In this document: piece by piece, positions 27,703 to 37,462 of the stretch | Layout: the number at the start of each line of letters is the position of its first letter | How positions within the stretch are numbered: the stretch's first letter is position 1 | Assembly (NCBI GenBank): GCA_963754875.1 | Contig: CAVWHO010000014.1 | Coordinates: 96,001 to 160,000, forward strand | From: Nitrospirota bacterium | GTDB lineage: Bacteria; Nitrospirota; UBA9217 | Direction of reading: 5' to 3' | Length of the DNA stretch: 64,000 nucleotides | The notes under the pieces: model-generated | Seen by the model: only the letters and a program-made list of their open reading frames with translations | What the model was told of the DNA's origin: nothing | Database searches by the model: none | Program-made: the position numbers and the translations under genes

Positions 27703-28188
27703 ATGGATTTATGCCCCTGCGGCTCAAATATCGGCTATGATTCGTGCTGCCGGCCAATCATCACCGGCGAGAACAAGGCAAAGACTGCGGAACAACTCAT
27801 GCGTTCCCGGTACAGCGCGTATGTCAAAAAAGAGATCGGCTACATCCTTACCTCGCTTCATCCTGACCACCGGGCCGGCTACGACGAAAATAGCAGCAGG
27901 GCATGGGCTGAGAGCGCTGAGTGGCAGGGGATCAGGATTTTAAAGACCGTTGCCGGGGGGGAAGGCGACAGCGAAGGCCAGGTTGAATTTGTCGTGTCCT
28001 ACACGGAGAAGGGGCTCAGGCAGGAACACCATGAGTTGTCCACGTTCCGTAAAAAAGACGGGCTTTGGTACTTTGCAACCGGGAAGACGATGCCAAAGCC
28101 GGTCTCCCGCGCAACGCCAAAGACGGGCCGCAACGAGCCATGCTCCTGCGGCAGCGGAAAGAAATTCAAAAAATGCTGCGGCGCGTGA
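27703..28188 (+). CDS. ychJ: YchJ/UPF0225 protein with SEC-C motifs
   Basis: [45 protein letters not shown]. Confidence 0.92.
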   Translation: MDLCPCGSNIGYDSCCRPIITGENKAKTAEQLMRSRYSAYVKKEIGYILTSLHPDHRAGYDENSSRAWAESAEWQGIRILKTVAGGEGDSEGQVEFVVSYTEKGLRQEHHELSTFRKKDGLWYFATGKTMPKPVSRATPKTGRNEPCSCGSGKKFKKCCGA

Positions 28189-28217
28189 TCGCGGTCGAAG
28201 CACCGGGAGAAATTGCC

Positions 28218-28511
28218 ATGATACAAAAGAAGGACGATAAGCAGATACGTCACCACTTCCACATGCGCCAGAACCGTCAGATCATCGCCATAACGATCGC
28301 GCTCTTTCTCGTGCTCTTGTCCGCCGTGATCTATAAACGCCCTCTTTTCGTGGAATTGCCGAAGGGCATGCTGTTTGGAATGCAGATTGCCGCAATCGCC
28401 GCTTTTTTGGGATTCACTGCGCTCAACTGGAAATGCCCCTCCTGCGGTAAAAGCCTGGGCAGTAACATCAACCGGCGTGTTTGCAAGAAATGCGGCGCCC
28501 GGCTCCAGTAA
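28218..28511 (+). CDS. Small 2-TM protein with C-terminal zinc ribbon
   Basis: Two hydrophobic stretches; CPSC..CKKC; SD ggag. Confidence 0.8.
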   Translation: MIQKKDDKQIRHHFHMRQNRQIIAITIALFLVLLSAVIYKRPLFVELPKGMLFGMQIAAIAAFLGFTALNWKCPSCGKSLGSNINRRVCKKCGARLQ

Positions 28512-28578
28512 GCCTTTCCCCCTCTTCCCGCTGCTTCCGACGCGGCAAGATCGAACTTCGTACTTCGAACTTTCGTCC

Positions 28579-29958
28579 TTACCCTGCCAGTTCCTTGATG
28601 TTCTTGATCACTTCGTTCACAACCTGCTGCGCGCTGCCGTAGAGCATCCGCGTGTTCTCGGCATAGAAGAGCGCGTTCTCAATGCCTGAGTACCCGGCTC
28701 CCTTGCCGCGCTTGATGACGATCACGTTATGCGCCTGATCGACGTTCAGGATGGGCATGCCGTAGATGGGGCTCGACTTGTCAGTGCGCGCCGCAGGGTT
28801 TACCACGTCGTTCGCGCCGATCACGAGCGCCACATCGGCCTGGCTGAATTCCTCGTTGATCTCCTCCAGGTCGAAGATCTTGTCATAGGGCACGCCGGCC
28901 TCGGCCAGGAGCACGTTCATGTGTCCGGGCATGCGGCCCGCAACGGGGTGGATGGCGAATTTTACCGTGATGCCCGCCTCCTCCAGCAGCACGCTCATCT
29001 CCTTGACCTTGTGCTGGGCCTGGCCCACGGCCATGCCGTAGCCCGGCACGATGATCACCTTCTGCGCATAGCGGAGCATGGCAGCGGCATCGAGGGCGGA
29101 GACTTCCTTCATCGTCCCCGCGATGGCCCCCCCTCCGGTCTGCGCCTCGCCCGTGATCGGCCTGAACAGGATATTCGTGATCGGCCGGTTCATGGCCTTT
29201 GCCATCAGCTGGGTAAGCAGCGTACCTGCCGAGCCGACCACGATGCCGGCGATGATGAGCGCGGGGTTGTTCAGCACGAACCCTTCAAAGCCCACGGCAA
29301 GGCCGGTAAGCGCGTTGAACAGCGAGATCACCACGGGCATATCTGCGCCGCCGATGGGCATGGTGATGACTGCGCCGAGCACGAGTGCCAGCACGAAGAA
29401 GGCGATGATCTGGAGCATCGCCGCCTGGCTGGAAACGACGATTGCGATGCCGCAGCCTATCGTTGCCGCAGCCAGGATGATGTTCACGGCATTTTGTGCG
29501 GGCAGTTGAAAGGTCTTTTTCATGATGCCCTGCAGTTTGGCAAAGGCGACAAGGGAGCCCGAGAAGGACACGGTGCCGATCAGCCCGCCGAGTACTGCAA
29601 GGGCCGTTCCCGTCACGCTGTGGGTCTCACCCCGCGCCAGCTCGATCGCCGCGATAGAAGCCGCAGCGCCGCCGCCCATGCCGTTGTAAAGGGCGACCAT
29701 CTGCGGCATATCGGTCATCTTGACCACCTTGCCCGACCACGTGGCGAATCCGCCGCCGATGGCGAGAGCAATCACCATAAGCATATAGTTGCTCATGCCC
29801 GGCCAGCCGAAGGTGACGAGCGTTGCCAGGACCATGCCCGCACCGGCCCAGATAATGCCGCGCCTGGCAGTGACCGGAGACGACATGCCCTTGAGCCCGA
29901 GGATGAATAAGAGCGCTACGACGAAGTAGCTTGTGTTGATCAGGATTTTAACGTTCAT
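28579..29958 (-). CDS. pntB: NAD(P) transhydrogenase beta subunit
   Basis: IGGADMPVVIS, VPGYGMAV, HPVAGRMPGHMNVLLAE, GANDVVNP. Confidence 0.98.
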   Translation of the reverse strand: MNVKILINTSYFVVALLFILGLKGMSSPVTARRGIIWAGAGMVLATLVTFGWPGMSNYMLMVIALAIGGGFATWSGKVVKMTDMPQMVALYNGMGGGAAASIAAIELARGETHSVTGTALAVLGGLIGTVSFSGSLVAFAKLQGIMKKTFQLPAQNAVNIILAAATIGCGIAIVVSSQAAMLQIIAFFVLALVLGAVITMPIGGADMPVVISLFNALTGLAVGFEGFVLNNPALIIAGIVVGSAGTLLTQLMAKAMNRPITNILFRPITGEAQTGGGAIAGTMKEVSALDAAAMLRYAQKVIIVPGYGMAVGQAQHKVKEMSVLLEEAGITVKFAIHPVAGRMPGHMNVLLAEAGVPYDKIFDLEEINEEFSQADVALVIGANDVVNPAARTDKSSPIYGMPILNVDQAHNVIVIKRGKGAGYSGIENALFYAENTRMLYGSAQQVVNEVIKNIKELAG

Positions 29959-30070
29959 ACACGAGCCTTTCCGTAAGGCCTGAGATCGTTAATGCAGAGA
30001 GCGCTGAGAAAAATTTCCGGCAGAGGTTCCCCTCCGATATTCCGTTGCGTCCTCCACGGTGCGGTCATGT

Positions 30071-30370
30071 TCAGTGCTGTTTTTCGTCCTTGCTCTTTCC
30101 GGTCTTGAACATGGCGAGCATGCGTTCCGTAACCACGTAGCCGCCCGCTGCATTCGCCGCGCCGAGCAGCACGGCAATGAACCCGATGGCCTGTTCGAGC
30201 GGTGTCCGGGCCTCGCCGAGCGCGACCATGGCGCCTACCAATACGACGCCGTGCACGAAGTTCGAACCGGACATGAGCGGCGTGTGCAGGATCACGGGCA
30301 CGCGCGAGATCACTTCATAACCGGTAAAAGCGGCAAGCATGAATATGTAGAGCGCTGCAAAACCTTCCAT
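30071..30370 (-). CDS. pntAB: NAD(P) transhydrogenase alpha subunit part 2
   Basis: VPVILHTPLMSGSN, GGYVVTERML. Confidence 0.95.
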   Translation of the reverse strand: MEGFAALYIFMLAAFTGYEVISRVPVILHTPLMSGSNFVHGVVLVGAMVALGEARTPLEQAIGFIAVLLGAANAAGGYVVTERMLAMFKTGKSKDEKQH

Positions 30371-30402
30371 AAAAACCTCCCCAGGCGGGCAGTCGCCGGC
30401 AA

Positions 30403-31536
30403 TTACGGTCTTGTCTGTTCCAGAGCTTTTTTCACACCTTCGTTGCGGACCGTTCCTTCATGGGTAAAGACGCTCCCTGCCAGGATCTCATCGCTCCAGT
30501 CAAGAGTAAGCTTTCCCTCTTTGATGAAGGGCGATAGGAAGTTGAACAGGTTGCGGGCGTACATCTCGGACGCATGGACCGGCATGCGGGAGGCAAGGTT
30601 CGCCGTTCCCACGATCGAGACGCCGTCCTTCACCACGGTCTCTCCGGGATGGGAGCCGGCCACGTTGCCGCCGCTGTCAGCGGCCATGTCCACAATGACC
30701 GCACCTTTTTTCATGCGCGTTACCATGCCCTCGGTGACGATGAGGGGGCTCTTTTTGCCCGGGATCGCCGCCGTGGTGATCAGGACGTCCGCCTGCGCTA
30801 TCGCCTTGGCCAGCTTCTCCTGCTGGGTTGCCCGCTCATCCTGCGTCAATTCCCTCGCATAGCCTCCCGTGCCCACGGCGGCCACGCCGGTGTCCACGAA
30901 CCGCGCGCCGAGAGATTCGATCTGCTCTTTCGTTTCAGGACGCACATCGTAGGCTTCGACAATCGCGCCGAGCCGGTGCGCGGTCGCGATGGCCTGCAGC
31001 CCCGCCACGCCAGCGCCGATCACCATGACCCGCGTCGGGCGAAGGGTCCCGGCTGCGTAGGTTATCATGGGGAAGAATTTCGGGGATATCACGCCGGCGA
31101 TGAGCGCGCACTGGTAACCGGCCACGGTGGCCTGGGATGAGAGGGCGTCCATGCTCTGCGCGCGCGAGATGCGCGGGATCAGCTCTACGGCGAAGCTCGT
31201 GATGTTGCGCTCGCAGAAGAGCAGTGCCCGCTCCTTGTCCTGGTAAGGGTGGAGAAACCCGATGAGGACCGTACCCGCCTTCATCATCCTGATCTCGTCC
31301 AGGGTCGGCGGCTGAACTTTCAGGATGACCTGGGACCGGTCGAATACTTCGGCATTGGTCGGGGCAAGGGAAACTTCGCCGAAGTCGTTGTCCGGAAAGA
31401 AACTTCCGGCCCCGGCGCCGTGCTCAATGCAGAGCTCGGCGCCCAGGGCCTTGAATTTTTTTACTACGTCGGGGACCACGGCCACGCGCTTTTCACCGTG
31501 GTCAATCTCCCTGAGCACGCCTATGACCAGAGGCAT
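30403..31536 (-). CDS. pntAA: NAD(P) transhydrogenase alpha subunit part 1
   Basis: PRISRAQSMDALSSQ, GAGVAGLQAIAT, GGYARE. Confidence 0.96.
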   Translation of the reverse strand: MPLVIGVLREIDHGEKRVAVVPDVVKKFKALGAELCIEHGAGAGSFFPDNDFGEVSLAPTNAEVFDRSQVILKVQPPTLDEIRMMKAGTVLIGFLHPYQDKERALLFCERNITSFAVELIPRISRAQSMDALSSQATVAGYQCALIAGVISPKFFPMITYAAGTLRPTRVMVIGAGVAGLQAIATAHRLGAIVEAYDVRPETKEQIESLGARFVDTGVAAVGTGGYARELTQDERATQQEKLAKAIAQADVLITTAAIPGKKSPLIVTEGMVTRMKKGAVIVDMAADSGGNVAGSHPGETVVKDGVSIVGTANLASRMPVHASEMYARNLFNFLSPFIKEGKLTLDWSDEILAGSVFTHEGTVRNEGVKKALEQTRP

Positions 31537-31718
31537 GACATCCTCCCCAAGCATATAAATTTGCTATTGTTTGGGATTTATTGTACCAGCCTGGAATTTA
31601 TTGTTCTCTCCTTATTTATTATATCATTGTTTCTTTTATCCAGGAGAGTTCCGGGCAGTTGATAGCGGCCCCGGAGGAAAATGTGAATTCGGGCCCTGGT
31701 TGTGTTACAATCTTTTTT

Positions 31719-32318
31719 ATGGAACAAACGATCATCCACTGGATAACGCTGCATGGCTACGGGGTCATTTTTATCGTGCTGGCACTCGGAATTTTCGGCC
31801 TGCCCTTTCCGAACGAGCTGATCCTTGCCTCTCTCGGCTACCTTATTTTTAAAGGACGGCTGGACCCGCTGCCTACCGTTATCTCCGCGTTCTTCGGCAG
31901 TTTATGCGGCATGATGCTCAGTTACGCGCTCGGGAGGACCTTCGGCCTTTATGTGGTTTATAAATTCGGCCGCTTTGTGCACGTAACCGCGGAGCAGATA
32001 AGCCGCATGCATGACTGGTTCGAACACTCGGGCAAATGGGCCGTGCTGTTCGGCTATTTTCTCCCCGGCGTCCGGCATCTGACGGCCTTTGTCGCCGGAA
32101 CATCCAAAATGACTTTTTGGGAATTCGCGGCGTTCTCTTCTGCCGGGGGATTTCTGTGGCTGTCGAGCTTTATCATCGCGGGATATTTTCTGGAAGAGCG
32201 TTGGTCCCGGGAAACGGCAAGGATCCATCACGTGCTCGAGATCGGCTCGTTTGCCGCCCTCGCTGTCGTGGGGATCTATTTCCTCCAACAAAGGATAAGA
32301 AAGAAGAGTTCAATGTAG
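31719..32318 (+). CDS. DedA family membrane protein
   Basis: GLPFPNE, SYALGR, FLPGVRH..AG; extended -10 TGtTACAAT 7 nt upstream. Confidence 0.92.
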   Translation: MEQTIIHWITLHGYGVIFIVLALGIFGLPFPNELILASLGYLIFKGRLDPLPTVISAFFGSLCGMMLSYALGRTFGLYVVYKFGRFVHVTAEQISRMHDWFEHSGKWAVLFGYFLPGVRHLTAFVAGTSKMTFWEFAAFSSAGGFLWLSSFIIAGYFLEERWSRETARIHHVLEIGSFAALAVVGIYFLQQRIRKKSSM

Positions 32319-32420
32319 CATCTCTTCCGGCTTTCGCGGAAACGCAAGGTTTGGAATCAAACTTGGCGACGTTATACGAATTTCCCCATGCATCGTTGGG
32401 AAAAAAGATTTTTTTGACTA

Positions 32421-32449
32421 TTGCCAAACCCCCTGATTTCCAGTATAGT
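32421..32449 (+). promoter_or_regulatory. Sigma70 promoter upstream of the 38-aa micropeptide
   Basis: TTGCCA-N17-TATAGT. Confidence 0.6.
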
Positions 32450-32638
32450 CGAGCAAGAAAGGGGCTTGCTGAACAATCCGGCGTCTCCGCTTTTTTTGAA
32501 TATTCCCCGTAACAAGCTTCACGCCCCTGACGACACTGTCATTGATTTACTGATCACGCGGAGGCCCTATTCATTCCATCTGTTGTAGAGACCGACATGC
32601 GGGCACATCGATGATCCAATAATTTAATGAGAGGTTAT

Positions 32639-32755
32639 ATGGAACGAAGACAACTCGGAGACAGAAGAAAATCCGTTGGTTCCCATTACCAGGGGCCTGA
32701 ACGGAGAAGCGGAATAGACAGAAGATCGGGGAAAGACCGGAGAAGATACAGATAA
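32639..32755 (+). CDS. 38-aa Arg-rich micropeptide (ERR/DRR repeats, YQGPERR)
   Basis: Not in the ORF track; SD gagagg; MERRQLGDRRKSVGSHYQGPERRSGIDRRSGKDRRRYR*. Confidence 0.75.
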   Translation: MERRQLGDRRKSVGSHYQGPERRSGIDRRSGKDRRRYR

Positions 32756-32866
32756 TTTTTTTAACATTTAATTCGCCGACAGAGCGGGGACATTCTCTCC
32801 GGAAGCTGCCGGCTATGAGTAAAAATATGCGGATTGTGCTTCAGTTACTTATTAACTAGAAAGGAT

Positions 32867-33407
32867 CATCTCCTTCTTGAGTGCGTCGAAAAGATAGTTG
32901 ATGTCAACGAGACAACACGCTTCTAGCTGCTTCACCTGGTCGCTTGTGGATTTTTTTGCACATCCCTTTCGTTTATGCCCAGCCGCCATCGAGTGCGAAG
33001 CGCGAGTGCGGGGTACGTCCTGACACCCTGCTGGTTGCCCTCGGCAACCAAAACGCGGGTGCGAGCCGGGCCGCTTCAGGGACGTGCGGGGTTTGGGGTA
33101 ACCCCATGCGAAGATCCAGGCAGGCGACCGAGCTGTGGCCAGTGTTTATGAGTGCACGGCGCGAATACAGGCCATCCGAGGGTGAAGCATTTCGGACTGT
33201 CTGAGCCCGAAGGGCGAGCCTGTGGCCAGTGTTTATGAGTGCACCGCGCGAATACAGGCCATTTCCCACATGTACCGAGGACACCCTACACTCGCGCCCT
33301 GAGCACTCGTATTCGCTGGGTGCAGGCGACCGAGCATGCCGTAAAAGGATATTCGCCGGGTGCCCTTCTTTGGGTCACCTTTCTTGGGCACGCAAGAAAG
33401 GTGACAA
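32867..33407. repeat. Structured dispersed repeat, copy 1 (MITE-like)
   Basis: Shares a ~105-bp 5' block, core blocks and the terminal 13-bp stem gtcacctttcttg/caagaaaggtgac with 38599-39047. Confidence 0.88.
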
Positions 33408-33782
33408 GAGCAAATATAATTAGCATGACCCACTCAGATGGGAGAAGACCCAGTAAAAATAACCGACTAAAGTAATCCACATAGCCCATGACAATAGGTA
33501 TTAGTAATCTAGTATCATCTATGCAAATATTCAATTATCTGGAATATTCAGCAACATTCTTTTCTGCATTATTAGTTGCTCTAAGAAGCGGCTAAAATAG
33601 GTGTATACATAGGACACAAAAAAGAATTTTAAAATATGCAATATCAAATAGTTACTAAAGATGTTTCCTCCGGAAACAGGATATAAATTACGATGGATAA
33701 AATATGTGTACTCCGGAGACACTACTCCGCGGCCCAAAAGAATAAAAAATCATAAGTGTTTAATAACATAAGCCATTTCTAT

Positions 33783-33798
33783 GGGCATGAAACTTGTA
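33783..33798 (+). promoter_or_regulatory. Possible sigma54-like promoter for the EPS export operon
   Basis: gGGCATGaaacTTGtA; GG-N10-GT (the -12 C is mismatched). Confidence 0.35.
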
Positions 33799-33917
33799 TA
33801 CAGTATCACGGTGGCACAGGAATGTGTTTGGTGCGTCGATGAGCAAAGGGGGCCTTGAGCGGGCTGCAAAATGATGAAAGAATATGCTACACGAAGATGA
33901 AGAAGTTACCGAACGAT

Positions 33918-34733
33918 ATGATAAAAAATGATATGATAAAAAAAGTGCTGTTTACCCTGGCAATACTGCTGTTCGCAACGAGCTTATTTGCCTCGGATTA
34001 CGTCATCGGGGAAGGCGACACCCTCTCGGTCTCCGTGTGGGGTGAAAAGGACTTTAGCTTCACGGCCAAAGTCCGTCCTGACGGGAAGATCACCGTACCT
34101 ACCATAGGCGAACTCACCGCGGCAAACATGACCGCGAAGCATCTGCAGGCGGTGCTGACGGAAAAATTAAAAGTTGTCGTACGGAAGCCGGTAGTGACCG
34201 TAGCAGTTACCGAGATAACCAACAACAAGGTGTACGTGTTCGGCGGAGGCGTCAAGGGAGGGGTTTTTACGCTGGGCCAGAGGATGACCCTCCTGCAGCT
34301 CCTGTGTCAGATTGATGATGTACGTAAGGCGGACCTGCAAAGCGCATATGTGCTGAGAGGGAAACAAAAAATTCGGGAAGATTTTACGAATCTGTACCTC
34401 AAAGGAAATGTAGAAGAGGACGTCGTCATCGAACCGAATGACATCATTTATATCCCGATGCGCGCTGACAATTATGTCTACGTGATGGGCGCCGTAACCA
34501 CCCCGAAGCCCGTTGAGTACCGGGAAGGCCTTACGGTCATGGAAGCGATCCTGAATGCCGGGGGGTTCACGCAGTATGCCAATCCGGACGCAACAATGAT
34601 TTACCGCAAGGACCAAAAGAAGGATGTCGCCATCAATGCCAAGATGAAGCGATTGATGATCAACGGCGACCTGACGCAAAACATGACTCTGAAAGCAGGC
34701 GACTATGTGATCGTCAAAGAAGGGATGTTTTAG
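33918..34733 (+). CDS. wza: Polysaccharide export OPX/Wza-like protein (Poly_export + SLBB)
   Basis: DYVIGEGDTLSVSVW, VRPDGKITVP, AGGFTQYA; start could be 33897, 33918 or 33933. Confidence 0.9.
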   Translation: MIKNDMIKKVLFTLAILLFATSLFASDYVIGEGDTLSVSVWGEKDFSFTAKVRPDGKITVPTIGELTAANMTAKHLQAVLTEKLKVVVRKPVVTVAVTEITNNKVYVFGGGVKGGVFTLGQRMTLLQLLCQIDDVRKADLQSAYVLRGKQKIREDFTNLYLKGNVEEDVVIEPNDIIYIPMRADNYVYVMGAVTTPKPVEYREGLTVMEAILNAGGFTQYANPDATMIYRKDQKKDVAINAKMKRLMINGDLTQNMTLKAGDYVIVKEGMF

Positions 34734-34744
34734 GAGCAGCGAGC

Positions 34745-36145
34745 ATGGCAAAGCCAAGTGAACTTACGGAAAAGCCGAGTGAACCCGATGTCGTGAGGAT
34801 CGTCCGCGGCGGACAAGCCAGGGAACGGCCGCAGGAATTCGATATAAAGAAATATGCGCGGCTCCTGTACAAAAAACGATACGCCTTCGTCGCCGTCATG
34901 ATGCTGGTGACCGGCATCATCGTGGCAGTCGGCTACCTGCTCCCGAATAAATACGAAGCGTCGTCGATGGTACTCATCGAAGGGAGTTATACCAATGATG
35001 TCATGAAAGGCATTGCGGCCCCTCCGTCGATCGATGACCGCGCCAAGGCCGTGGAAATCGTCATGCAGAGCAGACCGCAGGTGCTGAAAGTGCTCAAGGG
35101 GCTCGGCTACGATCTGGGTCAGTATTCAGAAGGCGAGCTCGAGTCGCTGGTGGGATCGTTCCAGCGGTCCACGAAAATCGCGATCAACACGAACATGTCG
35201 AGAAGAGACGTGGACATGTTCACCGTAACGCTGAGAGACAGCAACCCCTTCATTGCCCGGGACTACGTGAATGCACTGGTCCGGTTGTATATCGAGGAAA
35301 GCCAATCGTCCAAGCGCGTCGAGGCGACGGGAACGAAGAAATTTCTGGTGGAGCAGGTTGATATCCTCAAGCAGAAAATCAATGATATTGAGGCCGAAAT
35401 CGCGGGCATTCACCAGAAGAATTCCTCGGGCATGAGGCAGGTAAGGAACGTCGCCCAGACGCGGCTCGTCGAGCTCCGAAAACAGTTACACGATCTTCTT
35501 CTGCGATATACGCCGAATCACCCTGATGTCGAAAAAACCCAGGAGGAGATAGCTATTCTGGAGGGACAGGTGAACGGGCACGGGCAAACATCGGGTCAGG
35601 TACAGGACAGCGCCGGTGAACTCCTGTCCTCCGATGATGCCGTCGATGCGGCCCCCAGGGCCGGACGGGCGGGCAGGGCCGGTTCGCGGGACTGGGCCCG
35701 AAGAGAGCAGAAATTAAAACAGCTGGAGCGGGACCGGGACACCTACCAGAAGATGTACGCGGAGATGCTGGCCACGCTGGGAAAATCCGAGGTTTCATCA
35801 GATATCGAGGTCCAGGACAAAGGGTTGACCTTTAACGTCATCGAGCCTGCAGTCCTTCCTCTCCGGCCCGTCAGTCCGAACAGGCTGCTCATCGTCATTC
35901 TCGGGTTCTTTGCAGGCATCGGAGCTGCGATAGGTTCGGTAGTCCTGTGGGACGGCATGGACAAATCCGTAAAATCGATCGATATGGCGAAGAAGTTCGG
36001 TCATCCCGTACTCGCCATATTCCCCTACATCCAGCTTCCCCGTGAAAAAGACCGGGCGCAGGTCATGAACGTGCTGCTTTTTACGGTCACCCTGCTCTAC
36101 GTCGCAGGCATGGCCGTATTAGCGTTGGCTGCATCCAGGGGTTAG
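34745..36145 (+). CDS. Polysaccharide co-polymerase / chain-length determinant (Wzc N-terminal part)
   Basis: Two TM regions, coiled coil, YTPNHPDV, VIEPAVLPLRPVSPNR. Confidence 0.9.
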   Translation: MAKPSELTEKPSEPDVVRIVRGGQARERPQEFDIKKYARLLYKKRYAFVAVMMLVTGIIVAVGYLLPNKYEASSMVLIEGSYTNDVMKGIAAPPSIDDRAKAVEIVMQSRPQVLKVLKGLGYDLGQYSEGELESLVGSFQRSTKIAINTNMSRRDVDMFTVTLRDSNPFIARDYVNALVRLYIEESQSSKRVEATGTKKFLVEQVDILKQKINDIEAEIAGIHQKNSSGMRQVRNVAQTRLVELRKQLHDLLLRYTPNHPDVEKTQEEIAILEGQVNGHGQTSGQVQDSAGELLSSDDAVDAAPRAGRAGRAGSRDWARREQKLKQLERDRDTYQKMYAEMLATLGKSEVSSDIEVQDKGLTFNVIEPAVLPLRPVSPNRLLIVILGFFAGIGAAIGSVVLWDGMDKSVKSIDMAKKFGHPVLAIFPYIQLPREKDRAQVMNVLLFTVTLLYVAGMAVLALAASRG

Positions 36146-36163
36146 GGGGACCAGGGATAGCTC

Positions 36164-37027
36164 ATGAGTGAAAAAGAAATGACAGCGGGACCGCAAAAAA
36201 AAGGGAAAGTGTACTCCATCCGCGCCAAGTGGTTGAGCAGACTCTACCGGGGAGACGCGGCCCCTTCCGAGTACAAACCGCCGGCCCACTCATTGTCCGC
36301 CGGGGACGAGAAAAAGAAAAAGGACGCAACGCAGGTGAGGATCACGAGCCCCTACATCATCAAGTTCACCGCACAGGACGCGCATTTGTCCGAAGAGTAC
36401 CGCAAACTGAAGGCGCCCGTACTGTCGATCGTGCAGAAGAATGCGAAGCACAACACATTCATGGTGACCAGTTCGGAAAGCGGGGAAGGGAAAAGTCTCA
36501 CGAGCGTCAATCTGGCGCTCGTTCTGGCACAGGAGTCCAACCGCACCGTACTCCTGGTGGACGCGGATTTGAGAAGACCGACACTGCACACCTATTTGGG
36601 GGTAAGACCCGAGGTCGGTCTTGCGGACTGCATTCTTGACGGGGTCGATCTGCACGATGCCCTCATCAAGACGTCGGTGCCGCGGCTGAATTTTCTGCCC
36701 GCCGGAAAAAAGACAGATACTCCGGCTGAGCTGCTTTCTTCCGACGCGATGAAGGCAATCGTGCAGGACATCAAGAGCAGATACCATGACCGGATCATCA
36801 TTTTTGATACACCCCCGGCCCTGATCTTCGCCGATATCCGGGTGCTCAGCATGTTTTCCGATGGAATCATCTTTATCGTGAAAGAGGGGGTGGCTGAAAG
36901 CAATGTGCGCGAGGCCCTGGCCGCGTTGAAAGGGAGCCCCATCCTGGGGATCGTGTACAATGCCGTGAGTCCGGAGCAGCTCCATGAACGGTATCACCGC
37001 TATTATCATTATTACAACCGCAAGTAG
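36164..37027 (+). CDS. BY-kinase (CpsD/CapB tyrosine autokinase)
   Basis: SSESGEGKS, VDADLRRP, DTPP, C-terminal Tyr cluster YHRYYHYY. Confidence 0.93.
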   Translation: MSEKEMTAGPQKKGKVYSIRAKWLSRLYRGDAAPSEYKPPAHSLSAGDEKKKKDATQVRITSPYIIKFTAQDAHLSEEYRKLKAPVLSIVQKNAKHNTFMVTSSESGEGKSLTSVNLALVLAQESNRTVLLVDADLRRPTLHTYLGVRPEVGLADCILDGVDLHDALIKTSVPRLNFLPAGKKTDTPAELLSSDAMKAIVQDIKSRYHDRIIIFDTPPALIFADIRVLSMFSDGIIFIVKEGVAESNVREALAALKGSPILGIVYNAVSPEQLHERYHRYYHYYNRK

Positions 37028-37462
37028 AACTATAACTATACGCAAAGCCGGTCGACGCCCAGTCTGCCGTGCTTTGCGACAGCAGCTTTGCCGTAAGGTT
37101 CGGAACGTCCGGGTCAGGATGGTGCGCAGAACGCGGACCCGCATCCTTTCATCGTAACGAGGGCGGGAATACGCCTTGAGAATCTACCCTTCGGCCATTC
37201 ACTGTGACCGAAAGGGCGAAGCATTGTTTATCGTGTTCAGCTTTTACGATTGCCGGCGTCGATCCTGCCCTTCGCCGGCCCTTAGGTAAGACAGTTCAGA
37301 ATGATATAACTCCTCTGGTTGTTTGCCTCATTCGGCATCATTACACCCCTCAATCAGTTCTCTCTTTCAAGAGAACTTCAGTATTGCGACCGATTTTTCA
37401 TAAAGACAGAGACCGGCAAGCCGCGAGATTCCGGCAAAGCTAAAATTCTGAAAATAACGCCG

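Noticed and set aside
32852..32989. Minus-strand 45-aa ORF MAAGHKRKGC...DINYLFDALKKEMILSS across the shared repeat block
   Set aside because: Copy 2 has an indel and an in-frame TAG in the same frame, and there is no SD; at most a gene remnant
33133..33261. Two 42-bp direct repeats with a ~45-bp spacer as a mini-CRISPR
   Set aside because: Only two units, no cas genes, and the spacer is the core of the host repeat seen uninterrupted in copy 2
32944..33475. ORF-track proteins overlapping the repeats (also 38729-39031 and 54110-54358)
   Set aside because: Translations of palindromic non-coding repeats
37408..37460. Possible c-di-GMP-I riboswitch (ggcaag...gcaaagc) before the priming GT
   Set aside because: The P2/P3 stems and GNRA tetraloop-receptor cannot be formed convincingly
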